A stretch of 42,234 bases of DNA from Campylobacteraceae bacterium (GTDB lineage: Bacteria > Campylobacterota > Campylobacteria > Campylobacterales > Arcobacteraceae), in assembly GCA_013215915.1 (NCBI GenBank), contig JABSON010000003.1, forward strand, positions 1 through 42,234. Reading direction: 5' to 3'. Of the stretch, positions 31,469-40,584 are shown piece by piece; within the stretch, counting starts at the first letter, position 1; every line of letters begins with the position of its first letter. The position numbers and the translations under genes are program-made. The notes below the pieces were generated by a model, which was not told the DNA's origin, did no database searches, and saw only the letters and a program-made list of their open reading frames with translations.

Positions 31469-32418
31469 TGAAAAAACTAGACTTTACAAAATCACTAATG
31501 GTATTAGCGCCATTAGCTGGTTATACAGACCTTCCCTTTAGACGCGTTGTTAAAAAATTTGGTGTAGATTTAACTATATCAGAAATGATTTCCTCAAATG
31601 CATTAGTATACAAATCAGAAAAAACTTTAAAAATGATTGAAAAACACGAAAGTGAAGATCCTTATTTTGTTCAAATAGCTGGTAATAAAGCTGAATTAAT
31701 AAGAGATGCAGTTCTTATTTTAAATGATGTTGATGGTATTGATGGAATCGATTTAAACTGTGGCTGTCCCGCTCCCAAAGTATTTAATCATGGATCAGGT
31801 TCAAACCTCTTAGGTGATTTAAAAAAATTAGAAGAAATGTTATTAACTATTAAAAAATATAGCACAAAACAATATTTTTCTGCAAAAATAAGAATTGGTG
31901 TTGACGAAAAAATACCTGTAGAAATTGCAAAAGTTGTTGCTGGATGTGGTGTTGATTTAATTTCTGTTCATGGAAGAACTAGAGCTGGAAAATATAAAGC
32001 TCCTGTTGATTATGATGCAATTAGACAAATTGTTGAAGCTGTTGATGTTCCTATTATGGCTAATGGTGATATTAAAGATTATGCAAAAGCAAAAGAAGTA
32101 TTAGAATTTACTGGTGCTGCTGGTGTTATGATTGGACGTGGTGCTATTGGTAAACCTTGGATATTTCATCAGTTAAAAAACAATGAAGAAGATATTTCTG
32201 AAGAATTTAAAAGAGAAATTATTTTAGAACATTATGATTCTGTTCTTGATTATCATGGTGATCATGGTGCTATTATGTTTAGAAAACTTTTACATTCTTA
32301 TTCAAAAGGATATAAAGGTGCTTCAGAGTTTAGAGATATAATCAACAAAGTTTCTGATAAACATATTTTAAGAGATACAATCGCTTCATTTTTTGAAAAC
32401 ACAGAAGTACAATTATAA
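31468..32418 (+). CDS. dusB: tRNA-dihydrouridine synthase
   Basis: LAPLAGYTDLPFR, DLNCGCP, HGRTR, ANGDI, MIGRGAIGKPW. Confidence 0.93.
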   Translation: MKKLDFTKSLMVLAPLAGYTDLPFRRVVKKFGVDLTISEMISSNALVYKSEKTLKMIEKHESEDPYFVQIAGNKAELIRDAVLILNDVDGIDGIDLNCGCPAPKVFNHGSGSNLLGDLKKLEEMLLTIKKYSTKQYFSAKIRIGVDEKIPVEIAKVVAGCGVDLISVHGRTRAGKYKAPVDYDAIRQIVEAVDVPIMANGDIKDYAKAKEVLEFTGAAGVMIGRGAIGKPWIFHQLKNNEEDISEEFKREIILEHYDSVLDYHGDHGAIMFRKLLHSYSKGYKGASEFRDIINKVSDKHILRDTIASFFENTEVQL

Positions 32419-32428
32419 AAGGAATATT

Positions 32429-33238
32429 TTGCAAGAATATTATTATGAGTTAACAATACAAGCTAAAGAAGATTTAAATTTATTCTTAGATTTAATTACT
32501 GCTTTAAGTGATGATGCATTAGAAGAGTGTGATGATTCAATTATTATTAGAAGTGAAGAAGATTTAAAAGAAATCGAATTTGGTATTAATGAATTTGCAA
32601 AAGCAATGAATCTTAAGTGCAAAGTTATTCTAGAAAAGAAAAAGAATGAAGATTGGATTAAAATTTATCAAGAATCTGTAAAAGCAATTGCAGTTGGTAA
32701 ATTTTATGTAAGACCCCAATGGTGTGAAGCAGATAAAGATTTAATTGATATTATTATTAATCCAGCTTTATCATTTGGTTCTGGTCATCATGAAACAACA
32801 AATGCTTGTTTAGAAGCTATTTCTAAGTATGTTAAAAAAGACAATTCTGTTATTGATATTGGTTGTGGTTCTGGTATTTTAGGAATTGCAGCTTCAAAAT
32901 TAAACGCTTACGTTGATATATGTGATACGGATGAAGTTTGTATAAAAGATAGTGAAGTTAACTTTTCATTAAACAATACTTCATACAATAATGCTTGGGT
33001 TGGATCAGCTTTAAAATCTTCTAAAGAATATGATATTGTTATTGCTAATATTGTGGCAGATGTATTAGTTATGATATCAAAAGATTTGAAAAAATGTATA
33101 AAAAAAGATGGTATATTAATTATGTCAGGAATTTTAGATAAACATTTAGATAAAGTATTAAAGAAATTTAAAGATTTAACAATTGTAGAAACTATTCAAC
33201 AAAATGAATGGTGTACACTTGTTCTTAAAGGAAATTAA
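32429..33238 (+). CDS. prmA: Ribosomal protein L11 methyltransferase
   Basis: PALSFGSGHHETT, DIGCGSGILG, ANIVAD, SGIL; TTG 32429 follows an AAGGA SD. Confidence 0.95.
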   Translation: MQEYYYELTIQAKEDLNLFLDLITALSDDALEECDDSIIIRSEEDLKEIEFGINEFAKAMNLKCKVILEKKKNEDWIKIYQESVKAIAVGKFYVRPQWCEADKDLIDIIINPALSFGSGHHETTNACLEAISKYVKKDNSVIDIGCGSGILGIAASKLNAYVDICDTDEVCIKDSEVNFSLNNTSYNNAWVGSALKSSKEYDIVIANIVADVLVMISKDLKKCIKKDGILIMSGILDKHLDKVLKKFKDLTIVETIQQNEWCTLVLKGN

Positions 33239-35281
33239 TTGAGTAAAAATAATAATCAAGATAATAATAATAAAAACAACAAAAATGGGAATTTTTTTAA
33301 TAATAACCCCCTAATGGTATTTGTTTTATTTTCAATGGTAACAATATTAGCTTTTAAAGCTTTGTTTCCAGAAAATCAAGCAGGATTGAATAATTCAAAT
33401 ATGCAAGCATTTGGATCTACTAAGAGTAAAACAATTGCATATTCTGAATTGAAAAAGTTAGTGGCTAACAATCAAATTCAATATGTATCAATTGGTAATA
33501 CTTACATTAAAGCAGTATCAAAAGGTTCTGGTGGTCAGAAAATTACTTATACAGCTAGAAGAGTGATTCCTGATGAAACATTAATTAAAGCTTTAGAAGA
33601 AAAAGAAATTAATTATGGTGGAGTTTCTGAAGAGAACTTATTATCTGATATTTTATTTGGTTGGATTTTACCAATATTTATATTTTTTGCTATTTGGATG
33701 TTTTTATCTAAAAAGATGTCAAAATCTATGGGTGGAGGAGGCGGAGGTCTTCTAGGAATTGGATCATCTAAAAAGATGATTGATTCAGAAAAACCAAACG
33801 TTAAATTTGAAGATATGGCAGGAAATAAAGAAGCAAAAGAAGAAGTTTCCGAAATTGTAGAATTTTTAAGAAATCCTGACAGATATGTAAAATTAGGGGC
33901 TCAAATTCCTAAAGGTATTTTACTAGTTGGACCTCCTGGAACTGGTAAAACTTTATTAGCTAAAGCAGTTGCTGGTGAAGCAGAAGTAGAATTCTTAAGC
34001 GTTACTGGATCTTCATTTATTGAAATGTTTGTAGGTGTAGGGGCAAGTAGAGTTCGAGATTTATTCGAACAAGCTAAAAAAGTAGCTCCTTCTATTATTT
34101 TTATTGATGAAATTGATGCAATTGGTAAATCAAGATCATCTGGTGGACCAATGGGTGGTAATGATGAAAGAGAACAAACTCTAAATCAATTATTAGCAGA
34201 AATGGATGGATTTAGCTCAGCAGGAGCTCCTGTAATTGTATTAGCAGCTACAAATAGACCAGAAGTTTTAGATGCAGCTCTTTTAAGACCAGGTAGATTT
34301 GATAGACAAGTTTTAGTTGATAAACCTGATTTAGAAGGTAGAATTGAAATTTTAAAAGTTCATATTAAAGATGTGATTTTAGCAAAAGATGTTGATTTAA
34401 GAGAAGTAGCTGTTATGACTGCTGGTTTAGCAGGTGCAGATTTAGCAAATATTATTAATGAAGCAGCACTTTTAGCAGGACGAGCTAATAAAAATCAAGT
34501 TGAAAATGAAGATTTTAAAGAATCTGTTGAGCGACAAATTGCTGGTTTAGAGAAGAAATCAAAAAGAATTTCTCCTAAAGAGAGACGAATTGTAGCTTAT
34601 CACGAATCAGGACATGCTTTAATGGCTGAGATCACAAAAGGTGCTAAGAAAGTAAATAAAGTATCTATTGTACCTCGTGGACTAGCTGCTTTAGGTTATA
34701 CACTTAATACTCCTGAAGAAAATAAATACTTAATGCAAAAACATGAGTTAATTGCTGAAGTAGATGTTTTATTAGGTGGACGTGCTGCTGAAGAAGTATT
34801 CATTGGTGAAATTTCAACAGGTGCAGGTAATGATTTAGAGAGAGCGACTGATATTATTAAATCAATGGCTTCTGTTTATGGTATGAGCGATATTGCTGGA
34901 CTTATGGTATTAGAAAAAAGATCTAATCAATTCTTAGGTGGACAATCTCATAAAGATTTCTCTGATAATATGGCTATGAAATTAGATTCTCATATTAAAG
35001 ATACTTTAACTCAAAGATATGAAGTTGTACTTCAAGCTTTAAGAGATAATAAAGAAGCAATTGAACAAATGACAGCTGAACTATTAGAAACTGAAGTTAT
35101 TTCTGGAAAAAGAGTTCAAGAAGTTATAAGAGAAAACGGTGGAGTTGTTTATGAAGATGAAGATTTACATTCAGATGCTGTAAAAAAAGAAGATAAAACT
35201 TCTGAAAAAGAAGAAACTATTGTAACTAAAGATGAAACTATAGATTCATCTTCAGATAAACCAAGTTCTCCGACAGTTTAA
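33239..35281 (+). CDS. ftsH: ATP-dependent zinc metalloprotease FtsH
   Basis: GPPGTGKT, FIDEID, RPGRFDR, HESGH. Confidence 0.98.
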   Translation: MSKNNNQDNNNKNNKNGNFFNNNPLMVFVLFSMVTILAFKALFPENQAGLNNSNMQAFGSTKSKTIAYSELKKLVANNQIQYVSIGNTYIKAVSKGSGGQKITYTARRVIPDETLIKALEEKEINYGGVSEENLLSDILFGWILPIFIFFAIWMFLSKKMSKSMGGGGGGLLGIGSSKKMIDSEKPNVKFEDMAGNKEAKEEVSEIVEFLRNPDRYVKLGAQIPKGILLVGPPGTGKTLLAKAVAGEAEVEFLSVTGSSFIEMFVGVGASRVRDLFEQAKKVAPSIIFIDEIDAIGKSRSSGGPMGGNDEREQTLNQLLAEMDGFSSAGAPVIVLAATNRPEVLDAALLRPGRFDRQVLVDKPDLEGRIEILKVHIKDVILAKDVDLREVAVMTAGLAGADLANIINEAALLAGRANKNQVENEDFKESVERQIAGLEKKSKRISPKERRIVAYHESGHALMAEITKGAKKVNKVSIVPRGLAALGYTLNTPEENKYLMQKHELIAEVDVLLGGRAAEEVFIGEISTGAGNDLERATDIIKSMASVYGMSDIAGLMVLEKRSNQFLGGQSHKDFSDNMAMKLDSHIKDTLTQRYEVVLQALRDNKEAIEQMTAELLETEVISGKRVQEVIRENGGVVYEDEDLHSDAVKKEDKTSEKEETIVTKDETIDSSSDKPSSPTV

Positions 35282-35874
35282 TGATTAAGATGCTAAAAAA
35301 TCTAATATTAAGAGAATCATATAAAAAGATACTTTGTTTATTCATTGTATCTTTACTGATTGATATTTTTATTTCAGGTTTTTTAGCAAACCTTTTATAT
35401 TTTTATACATTGTTCACTATTTTTGTATTTAGAAATACTGCTATAAAAATTAAAAGTACTAATAATGTACTTTCTCCTATTAATGGTGAAATTTCTGCAA
35501 TTGATTATAAAAACAATAAAACTATTATTTACATTGATGTTTGTATTTTTTCTCAACATACATTTACAGCTCCTATTAATGCAAATCTTACATCTTTAGT
35601 AAAAAGATCTGGAATTAATTTAGATACTAATACTTATTTAGCAAAAGATTTAAATACAAAAATTACTTTTGATATGGGTAATTTAAATATTATTTTATTA
35701 GAAGATCATTGTTCAATGGGAACTTATATCAATTCATCTAATTCTTCTTTTAAACAAGGAGAAAAGATTGCTATTTTTACTTCTGGAAAAGTTATTATAA
35801 CTTTAGATAATAAAATTAATACATCTTTGAAAATTGGACAAAAAGTTTATTCTTCAAAAACAATTTTAGCCTAA
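35281..35874 (+). CDS. Phosphatidylserine decarboxylase-related protein (degenerate)
   Basis: TM-FVFRN, VLSPINGEISAI, HTFTAPI, KQGEKI, IGQKV; no FGS self-cleavage motif. Confidence 0.65.
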   Translation: MIKMLKNLILRESYKKILCLFIVSLLIDIFISGFLANLLYFYTLFTIFVFRNTAIKIKSTNNVLSPINGEISAIDYKNNKTIIYIDVCIFSQHTFTAPINANLTSLVKRSGINLDTNTYLAKDLNTKITFDMGNLNIILLEDHCSMGTYINSSNSSFKQGEKIAIFTSGKVIITLDNKINTSLKIGQKVYSSKTILA

Positions 35875-35905
35875 GAAAAATGCAAAAATAATTTACTAAT
35901 TTTAC

Positions 35906-35934
35906 TTGACAAATAATTTATTATTACATATAAT
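35906..35934 (+). promoter_or_regulatory. Consensus sigma70 promoter for the leuA leader
   Basis: TTGACA-N17-TATAAT, perfect match. Confidence 0.85.
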
Positions 35935-35961
35935 TAATTACTTACAAAACAGGAGAGTAAA

Positions 35962-36039
35962 ATGAAAATCTTTAATTTCAAAAACAACCATTTCATAAAA
36001 AGTGTAAATACTCTTCAACTCTTAAATAAATCACTCTGA
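35962..36039 (+). CDS. Putative leucine leader peptide MKIFNFKNNHFIKSVNTLQLLNKSL
   Basis: AGGAG SD at 35951; all 4 Leu codons (CTT, CTC, TTA, CTC) lie in the last 8 codons; located between the promoter and leuA. Confidence 0.7.
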   Translation: MKIFNFKNNHFIKSVNTLQLLNKSL

Positions 36040-36127
36040 TATAACAAATTAATCGTTTAAAAATTTTCTTAGTTTTCTTTTTACTTAAAAAAAGATATAA
36101 TAATTTACATATAAAAAGGTATATATT

Positions 36128-37681
36128 ATGGATAAAAATAGGATTATAGTATTTGATACTACATTAAGAGATGGTGAACAAAGCCCTGGCTGTTCAATGA
36201 ATACAGATGAAAAAATAAAAGTAGCACTTCAATTAGAAAAATTAGGGGTTGATGTAATTGAAGCTGGTTTTGCTGCTGCTAGTCCTGGAGATTTTGATGC
36301 AGTTTCTCAAATTGCTAACTTAATTCAGAACTCTTCTATCTGTTCTTTAAGTAGAGCAATTGATAATGATATTAAACAATCAGGACTTGCAATTGCAAAT
36401 GCTAAATTAAAAAGAATTCATACGTTTATTGCAACTTCACCAATTCATATGAAATATAAATTAAAAATGAGCGAAGCTGAAGTTATTAAAAGAGCTGTTC
36501 ATGCAGTTGAATATGCGAAAACTTTTGTAGATGATGTTGAATTTTCACTTGAGGATGCAGGTCGATCTGAAATTCCATTTATGAAAGAAGTAATGGATGC
36601 AGTTATTCAAGCAGGAGCTAGAACTATTAATTTACCTGATACTGTTGGATATAGATTACCTAGTGAGTTAGGTGCAATGGTTAAAGAATTATCTGCTTTT
36701 GCAGGAAATAGAGCTATTATTTCTGTTCATAATCATAATGATTTAGGACTAGCAACAGCTAATACAGTTGAATGTATTATGAATGGTGCTAGACAAATAG
36801 AAGTTACAATGAATGGATTAGGTGAGAGAGCAGGAAATTCTGCTTTAGAAGAAGCTGTAATGATTTTAAAAACTAGAGCTGATATCTTTGGTGATTTATA
36901 TACAAATATTAATACAAAAGAGCTTTATCCAACTTCAAGATTAGTTGCTAACATTACAGGTGTTGAACCACAGCAAAATAAAGCAATTGTTGGTAAAAAT
37001 GCATTTGCACATGAAAGTGGAATACATCAAGATGGAATGCTTAAAAATAAAGAAACTTATGAAATTATGAGACCAGAAGATGTCGGTGTTTATAAAGAAT
37101 CAACATTGATTTTAGGTAAACATTCTGGAAGGGCTGCTTTTAGAGATAAAATTGAACACTTAGGTTTTGACAAAGTAAGTGATGAAGAATTAAATACTGC
37201 ATTTATAAGATTTAAAACTTTAGCTGATAAGAAAAAAGAAATTACTGATGATGATATTAGAATGTTAATTACTGATGAATCTTTAAATCAGCATAAAACA
37301 TATGAGTTAATTGATTTACAAATTTCTGACTGTTCTAATGGAGTTCCTATGGCTGCTGTTACTATTAAATATAAAGATGAACTTTTAAGAGATGCAAATA
37401 TAGGAGAGGGTACTATGGATGCAATTTTTAAAACTATTGATAGACTAACAGGTTATAACGGTAAACTTCATGATTATAAAGTAACTTCAGTTACAGAAGG
37501 AAAAGATGCTCTTGCTAAAGTAATTACCAGAGTATCTTTTGATAATGAATCTGCTTCTATTGTAGGACATGGATTAAGTATTGATACAATGTCTGCTACT
37601 GCAAAAGCTTATTTAGGATCAGTAAATTCTTATGTATCTCAAATACAAAGAATGAATAAAACTAATACTCACCAAGTTTAA
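36128..37681 (+). CDS. leuA: 2-isopropylmalate synthase
   Basis: [32 protein letters not shown]-terminal regulatory domain. Confidence 0.97.
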   Translation: MDKNRIIVFDTTLRDGEQSPGCSMNTDEKIKVALQLEKLGVDVIEAGFAAASPGDFDAVSQIANLIQNSSICSLSRAIDNDIKQSGLAIANAKLKRIHTFIATSPIHMKYKLKMSEAEVIKRAVHAVEYAKTFVDDVEFSLEDAGRSEIPFMKEVMDAVIQAGARTINLPDTVGYRLPSELGAMVKELSAFAGNRAIISVHNHNDLGLATANTVECIMNGARQIEVTMNGLGERAGNSALEEAVMILKTRADIFGDLYTNINTKELYPTSRLVANITGVEPQQNKAIVGKNAFAHESGIHQDGMLKNKETYEIMRPEDVGVYKESTLILGKHSGRAAFRDKIEHLGFDKVSDEELNTAFIRFKTLADKKKEITDDDIRMLITDESLNQHKTYELIDLQISDCSNGVPMAAVTIKYKDELLRDANIGEGTMDAIFKTIDRLTGYNGKLHDYKVTSVTEGKDALAKVITRVSFDNESASIVGHGLSIDTMSATAKAYLGSVNSYVSQIQRMNKTNTHQV

Positions 37682-37702
37682 AAAAGAGATTTTCTCTTTT
37701 TT
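37680..37702 (+). terminator. Intrinsic terminator after leuA
   Basis: AAAAAAGAGA-TTT-TCTCTTTTTT. Confidence 0.7.
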
Positions 37703-37829
37703 AAATCTATATAAAGACTCACAAAACTTATTTTATTTCAAATAATTACTTATTTAATACATTCAGCAAAAAAACTGTAACATACGCTAAATATTTATAT
37801 AATTAAAATTATTTATAAAAGGAGAAGAG

Positions 37830-39824
37830 ATGTTACAGTTTAACTTTTTTTTAAAGTTGTTAAAAGAATCTTTTAGAGATTTGATACCTATTGTTATAGT
37901 AATATTATTTTTCCAATTAGCTATTATACAATCAGTGCCATCAGATTGGATGACTACTACTATTGGATTAGTAATTGTTGGAATTGGTTTGGCTATTTTT
38001 TTACAAGGTCTAGAAATTGGAATATTTCCAGTAGGTGAAGGATTAGCACGTGATTTTGCAAAATCTGGATGGACTACTTGGATTCTAATTTTTGGTTTTT
38101 TAATTGGTTTTGGTACTACTATTGCTGAACCTGCTTTAGCAGTTATTGCTGATAAAGCTGCTTCTATTTCAGCAGGAAGAATTGATGCTACAGTCTTAAG
38201 ATTAGTAGTTGCGGCTTCTGTTGGATTTGCGATACTTGTTGGTGTTCATAGAATTATTAAAGGTTATGCAATTCACTATTATATTATCTCTGGATATGTA
38301 ATTGTTGTAAGTATTACTTTTTTTGCACCTTCTGAAATTATTGGACTTGCTTACGATTTAGGTGGAGTTACGACCTCTACTGTTACAGTTCCTCTAGTTG
38401 CTGCTTTGGGAATTGGACTTGCTACTTCAATTAAAGGAAGAAATCCTATTATTGATGGATTTGGTTTAATTGCTTTTGCTTCATTAACTCCAATGATTTT
38501 TGTACAAATTTATGGAATTGCAGTATATAATCTTGTTGATGCAAAAGAAGTTGCTCAAGTTCTTGTGCAAGCAAAAGTTTCATCTTCTTTAGATATAAGT
38601 CTAAATAGTTTAATAGCTGGACTTATTGATGTTGTTAAAGATGTTGTTCCTATTTTAGCAATTATTATGTTTTTCCAATATGCAGTACTTAAAAAAAGAA
38701 TTCAGAATCTTAAAACAGTTATTTTTGGTTTTGGACTTGTTATTTTAGGTTTATATGCATTTATTTTAGGTTTAGAGTTAGGTTTATTTAAACTTGGTGA
38801 AACTATGGCTTATGAATTAACTCAAAATTCATCTGTTTATATAATTTATGCTTTTGCATTTTGTATCGGTTTCTCAACTACAATGGCAGAACCTGCTTTA
38901 ATGGCAATTGCAAAAAAAGCAAAAGATATATCAGATGGCAAAATTAATGATTTTGCTTTAAGATTATTTGTAGCCTTTGGAGTTGCATTTGGTATTGCTT
39001 TAGGTGCATTCAGAATTGTTGATGGTGGACATATTCATTACTACATTATTGTAGGATATTTATGTGTTATTATTTTAACTTTTATTGCTCCTAAGTATAT
39101 TATTCCTATTGCTTATGATTCAGGTGGAGTTACAACTTCTACAATTACTGTTCCACTAGTCGCAGCACTTGGTATTGGATTAGCTTCTAATATTCCTGGA
39201 CGATCTCCCTTAATTGATGGATTTGGTTTAATTGCTTTTGCTTCATTATTCCCAATGATTACGGTTATGCTTTATGGTATACTCTCTGAGAAACTAGGTG
39301 TTAAATCTGATACAGAAATCGAAGCTGCTAATATTCTAAGAGATACTTTAGTTGATGCTGAAAATATGGATCTTGCAACTATTAATATTGATGGAAGCGA
39401 TAGAAGACATTCTCTTCCTATGGACTTTTCAGTTGTTGTAATAATAGTTCCAATGGATAAAAAAATTGATGCAATTGCAGCTGCTCATAAAGCTGGAGCT
39501 TCTGGTGTAACTATTCTTAAAGCTGATGGAATGGGACTTGGGAAAATGGATAACTTTTATAGAACTTCATTTGATGCAAATGATGCTTTATTAATGTTTA
39601 TTTTACCTCAAAGTTTAGTAAATCCAGTTATTAAATCAATTATACATTCACTTCATATTACAACTACAGGAAAAGGTATAGCATTTGCTTTTCCTCTAAG
39701 TCATATGAAAGGGATTTCTTTATCAAGACATGAGATTTTTGAAAATAGAAAAGATCATAAAAACCCAGTGAATAATCCTACTAAAGAAGAAGAAAAAGAT
39801 GATGAAAGAAATAAAAAATCTTGA
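37830..39824 (+). CDS. Tandem DUF1538 membrane protein fused to a C-terminal P-II-like domain
   Basis: Two copies of AEPAL...GGVTTST(V/I)TVPLVAALGIGLA...DGFGLIAFASL; C-terminal AGASGVTILKADGMG...GKGIAFAFP. Confidence 0.8.
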   Translation: MLQFNFFLKLLKESFRDLIPIVIVILFFQLAIIQSVPSDWMTTTIGLVIVGIGLAIFLQGLEIGIFPVGEGLARDFAKSGWTTWILIFGFLIGFGTTIAEPALAVIADKAASISAGRIDATVLRLVVAASVGFAILVGVHRIIKGYAIHYYIISGYVIVVSITFFAPSEIIGLAYDLGGVTTSTVTVPLVAALGIGLATSIKGRNPIIDGFGLIAFASLTPMIFVQIYGIAVYNLVDAKEVAQVLVQAKVSSSLDISLNSLIAGLIDVVKDVVPILAIIMFFQYAVLKKRIQNLKTVIFGFGLVILGLYAFILGLELGLFKLGETMAYELTQNSSVYIIYAFAFCIGFSTTMAEPALMAIAKKAKDISDGKINDFALRLFVAFGVAFGIALGAFRIVDGGHIHYYIIVGYLCVIILTFIAPKYIIPIAYDSGGVTTSTITVPLVAALGIGLASNIPGRSPLIDGFGLIAFASLFPMITVMLYGILSEKLGVKSDTEIEAANILRDTLVDAENMDLATINIDGSDRRHSLPMDFSVVVIIVPMDKKIDAIAAAHKAGASGVTILKADGMGLGKMDNFYRTSFDANDALLMFILPQSLVNPVIKSIIHSLHITTTGKGIAFAFPLSHMKGISLSRHEIFENRKDHKNPVNNPTKEEEKDDERNKKS

Positions 39825-40140
39825 TGAAGTAAATAATATAATTAATACAGGGAAACCTGTATTATTATATTTCTCAGGTGAAAACTGTTCACTATGCCAC
39901 GCTCTTAAACCTAAAATAGAAAAGTCTTTTAAAGACGATCTTCCAAAACTTGAAATATTAGAAATAAAAACTGATGTACATAAAGAACTTACAAGCCATT
40001 TTACGGTATTTTCTTTACCAACTATACTTGTTTATTTTGACTCAAAAGAGTTCAAAAGAATTGGCAGAAATATATCTGTTCCAATTTTTACACAAGAAAT
40101 TAAAAGAATTTATGATTTATATGAAGAAGCTAATCTTTAG
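39799..40140 (+). CDS. Thioredoxin-family protein
   Basis: LLYFSGENCSLC, SLPTILVY. Confidence 0.85.
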   Translation: MMKEIKNLDEVNNIINTGKPVLLYFSGENCSLCHALKPKIEKSFKDDLPKLEILEIKTDVHKELTSHFTVFSLPTILVYFDSKEFKRIGRNISVPIFTQEIKRIYDLYEEANL

Positions 40141-40164
40141 TTTTCTTCAAATATGTGAGGAAAT

Positions 40165-40584
40165 ATGAAAAGAACTTTATTAATATTTTTAATTGTTTTT
40201 ATTTTAATGCAATTTATACAATTAGATGAAACAAACCCCAATCAAAATAAAAGTGATGAAATACAGGCACCTATTGAAATTATGACAATGTTTAACAATT
40301 CTTGTTATGCTTGCCATTCAAATCAAACAATATGGCCTATTTATAGTTCAATTGCACCATTTTCATGGATAATTAATTCGCATGTTAAAAATGGCAGAAA
40401 AGCTTTGGATTTTACATCTTGGGAGAAGTATTCTGAAGAAGATAAAAAACTTAAATTAAAAGCAATTTATAGAACTGTATATGCAGCTATGCCTTTAGCT
40501 TCATATGTATCTTTACATGAAGAAGCAGCCTTGAGCAAAAAACAAAGAGAAAAAATTAGAGCTTGGACAGGAGTTAGAAGATAA
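40165..40584 (+). CDS. Haem-binding domain protein (c-type, CxxCH)
   Basis: N-terminal TM, SCYACHSNQTIWPIYS, GRKALDF, MP. Confidence 0.85.
   Translation: MKRTLLIFLIVFILMQFIQLDETNPNQNKSDEIQAPIEIMTMFNNSCYACHSNQTIWPIYSSIAPFSWIINSHVKNGRKALDFTSWEKYSEEDKKLKLKAIYRTVYAAMPLASYVSLHEEAALSKKQREKIRAWTGVRR

Noticed and set aside
33245..33307. AAT/AAC-rich repeat at the ftsH start
   Set aside because: Low-complexity Asn-rich N-terminus within the coding frame
39974..40168. 64-aa alternative-frame ORF
   Set aside because: Overlaps the thioredoxin gene in another frame; no SD or motif
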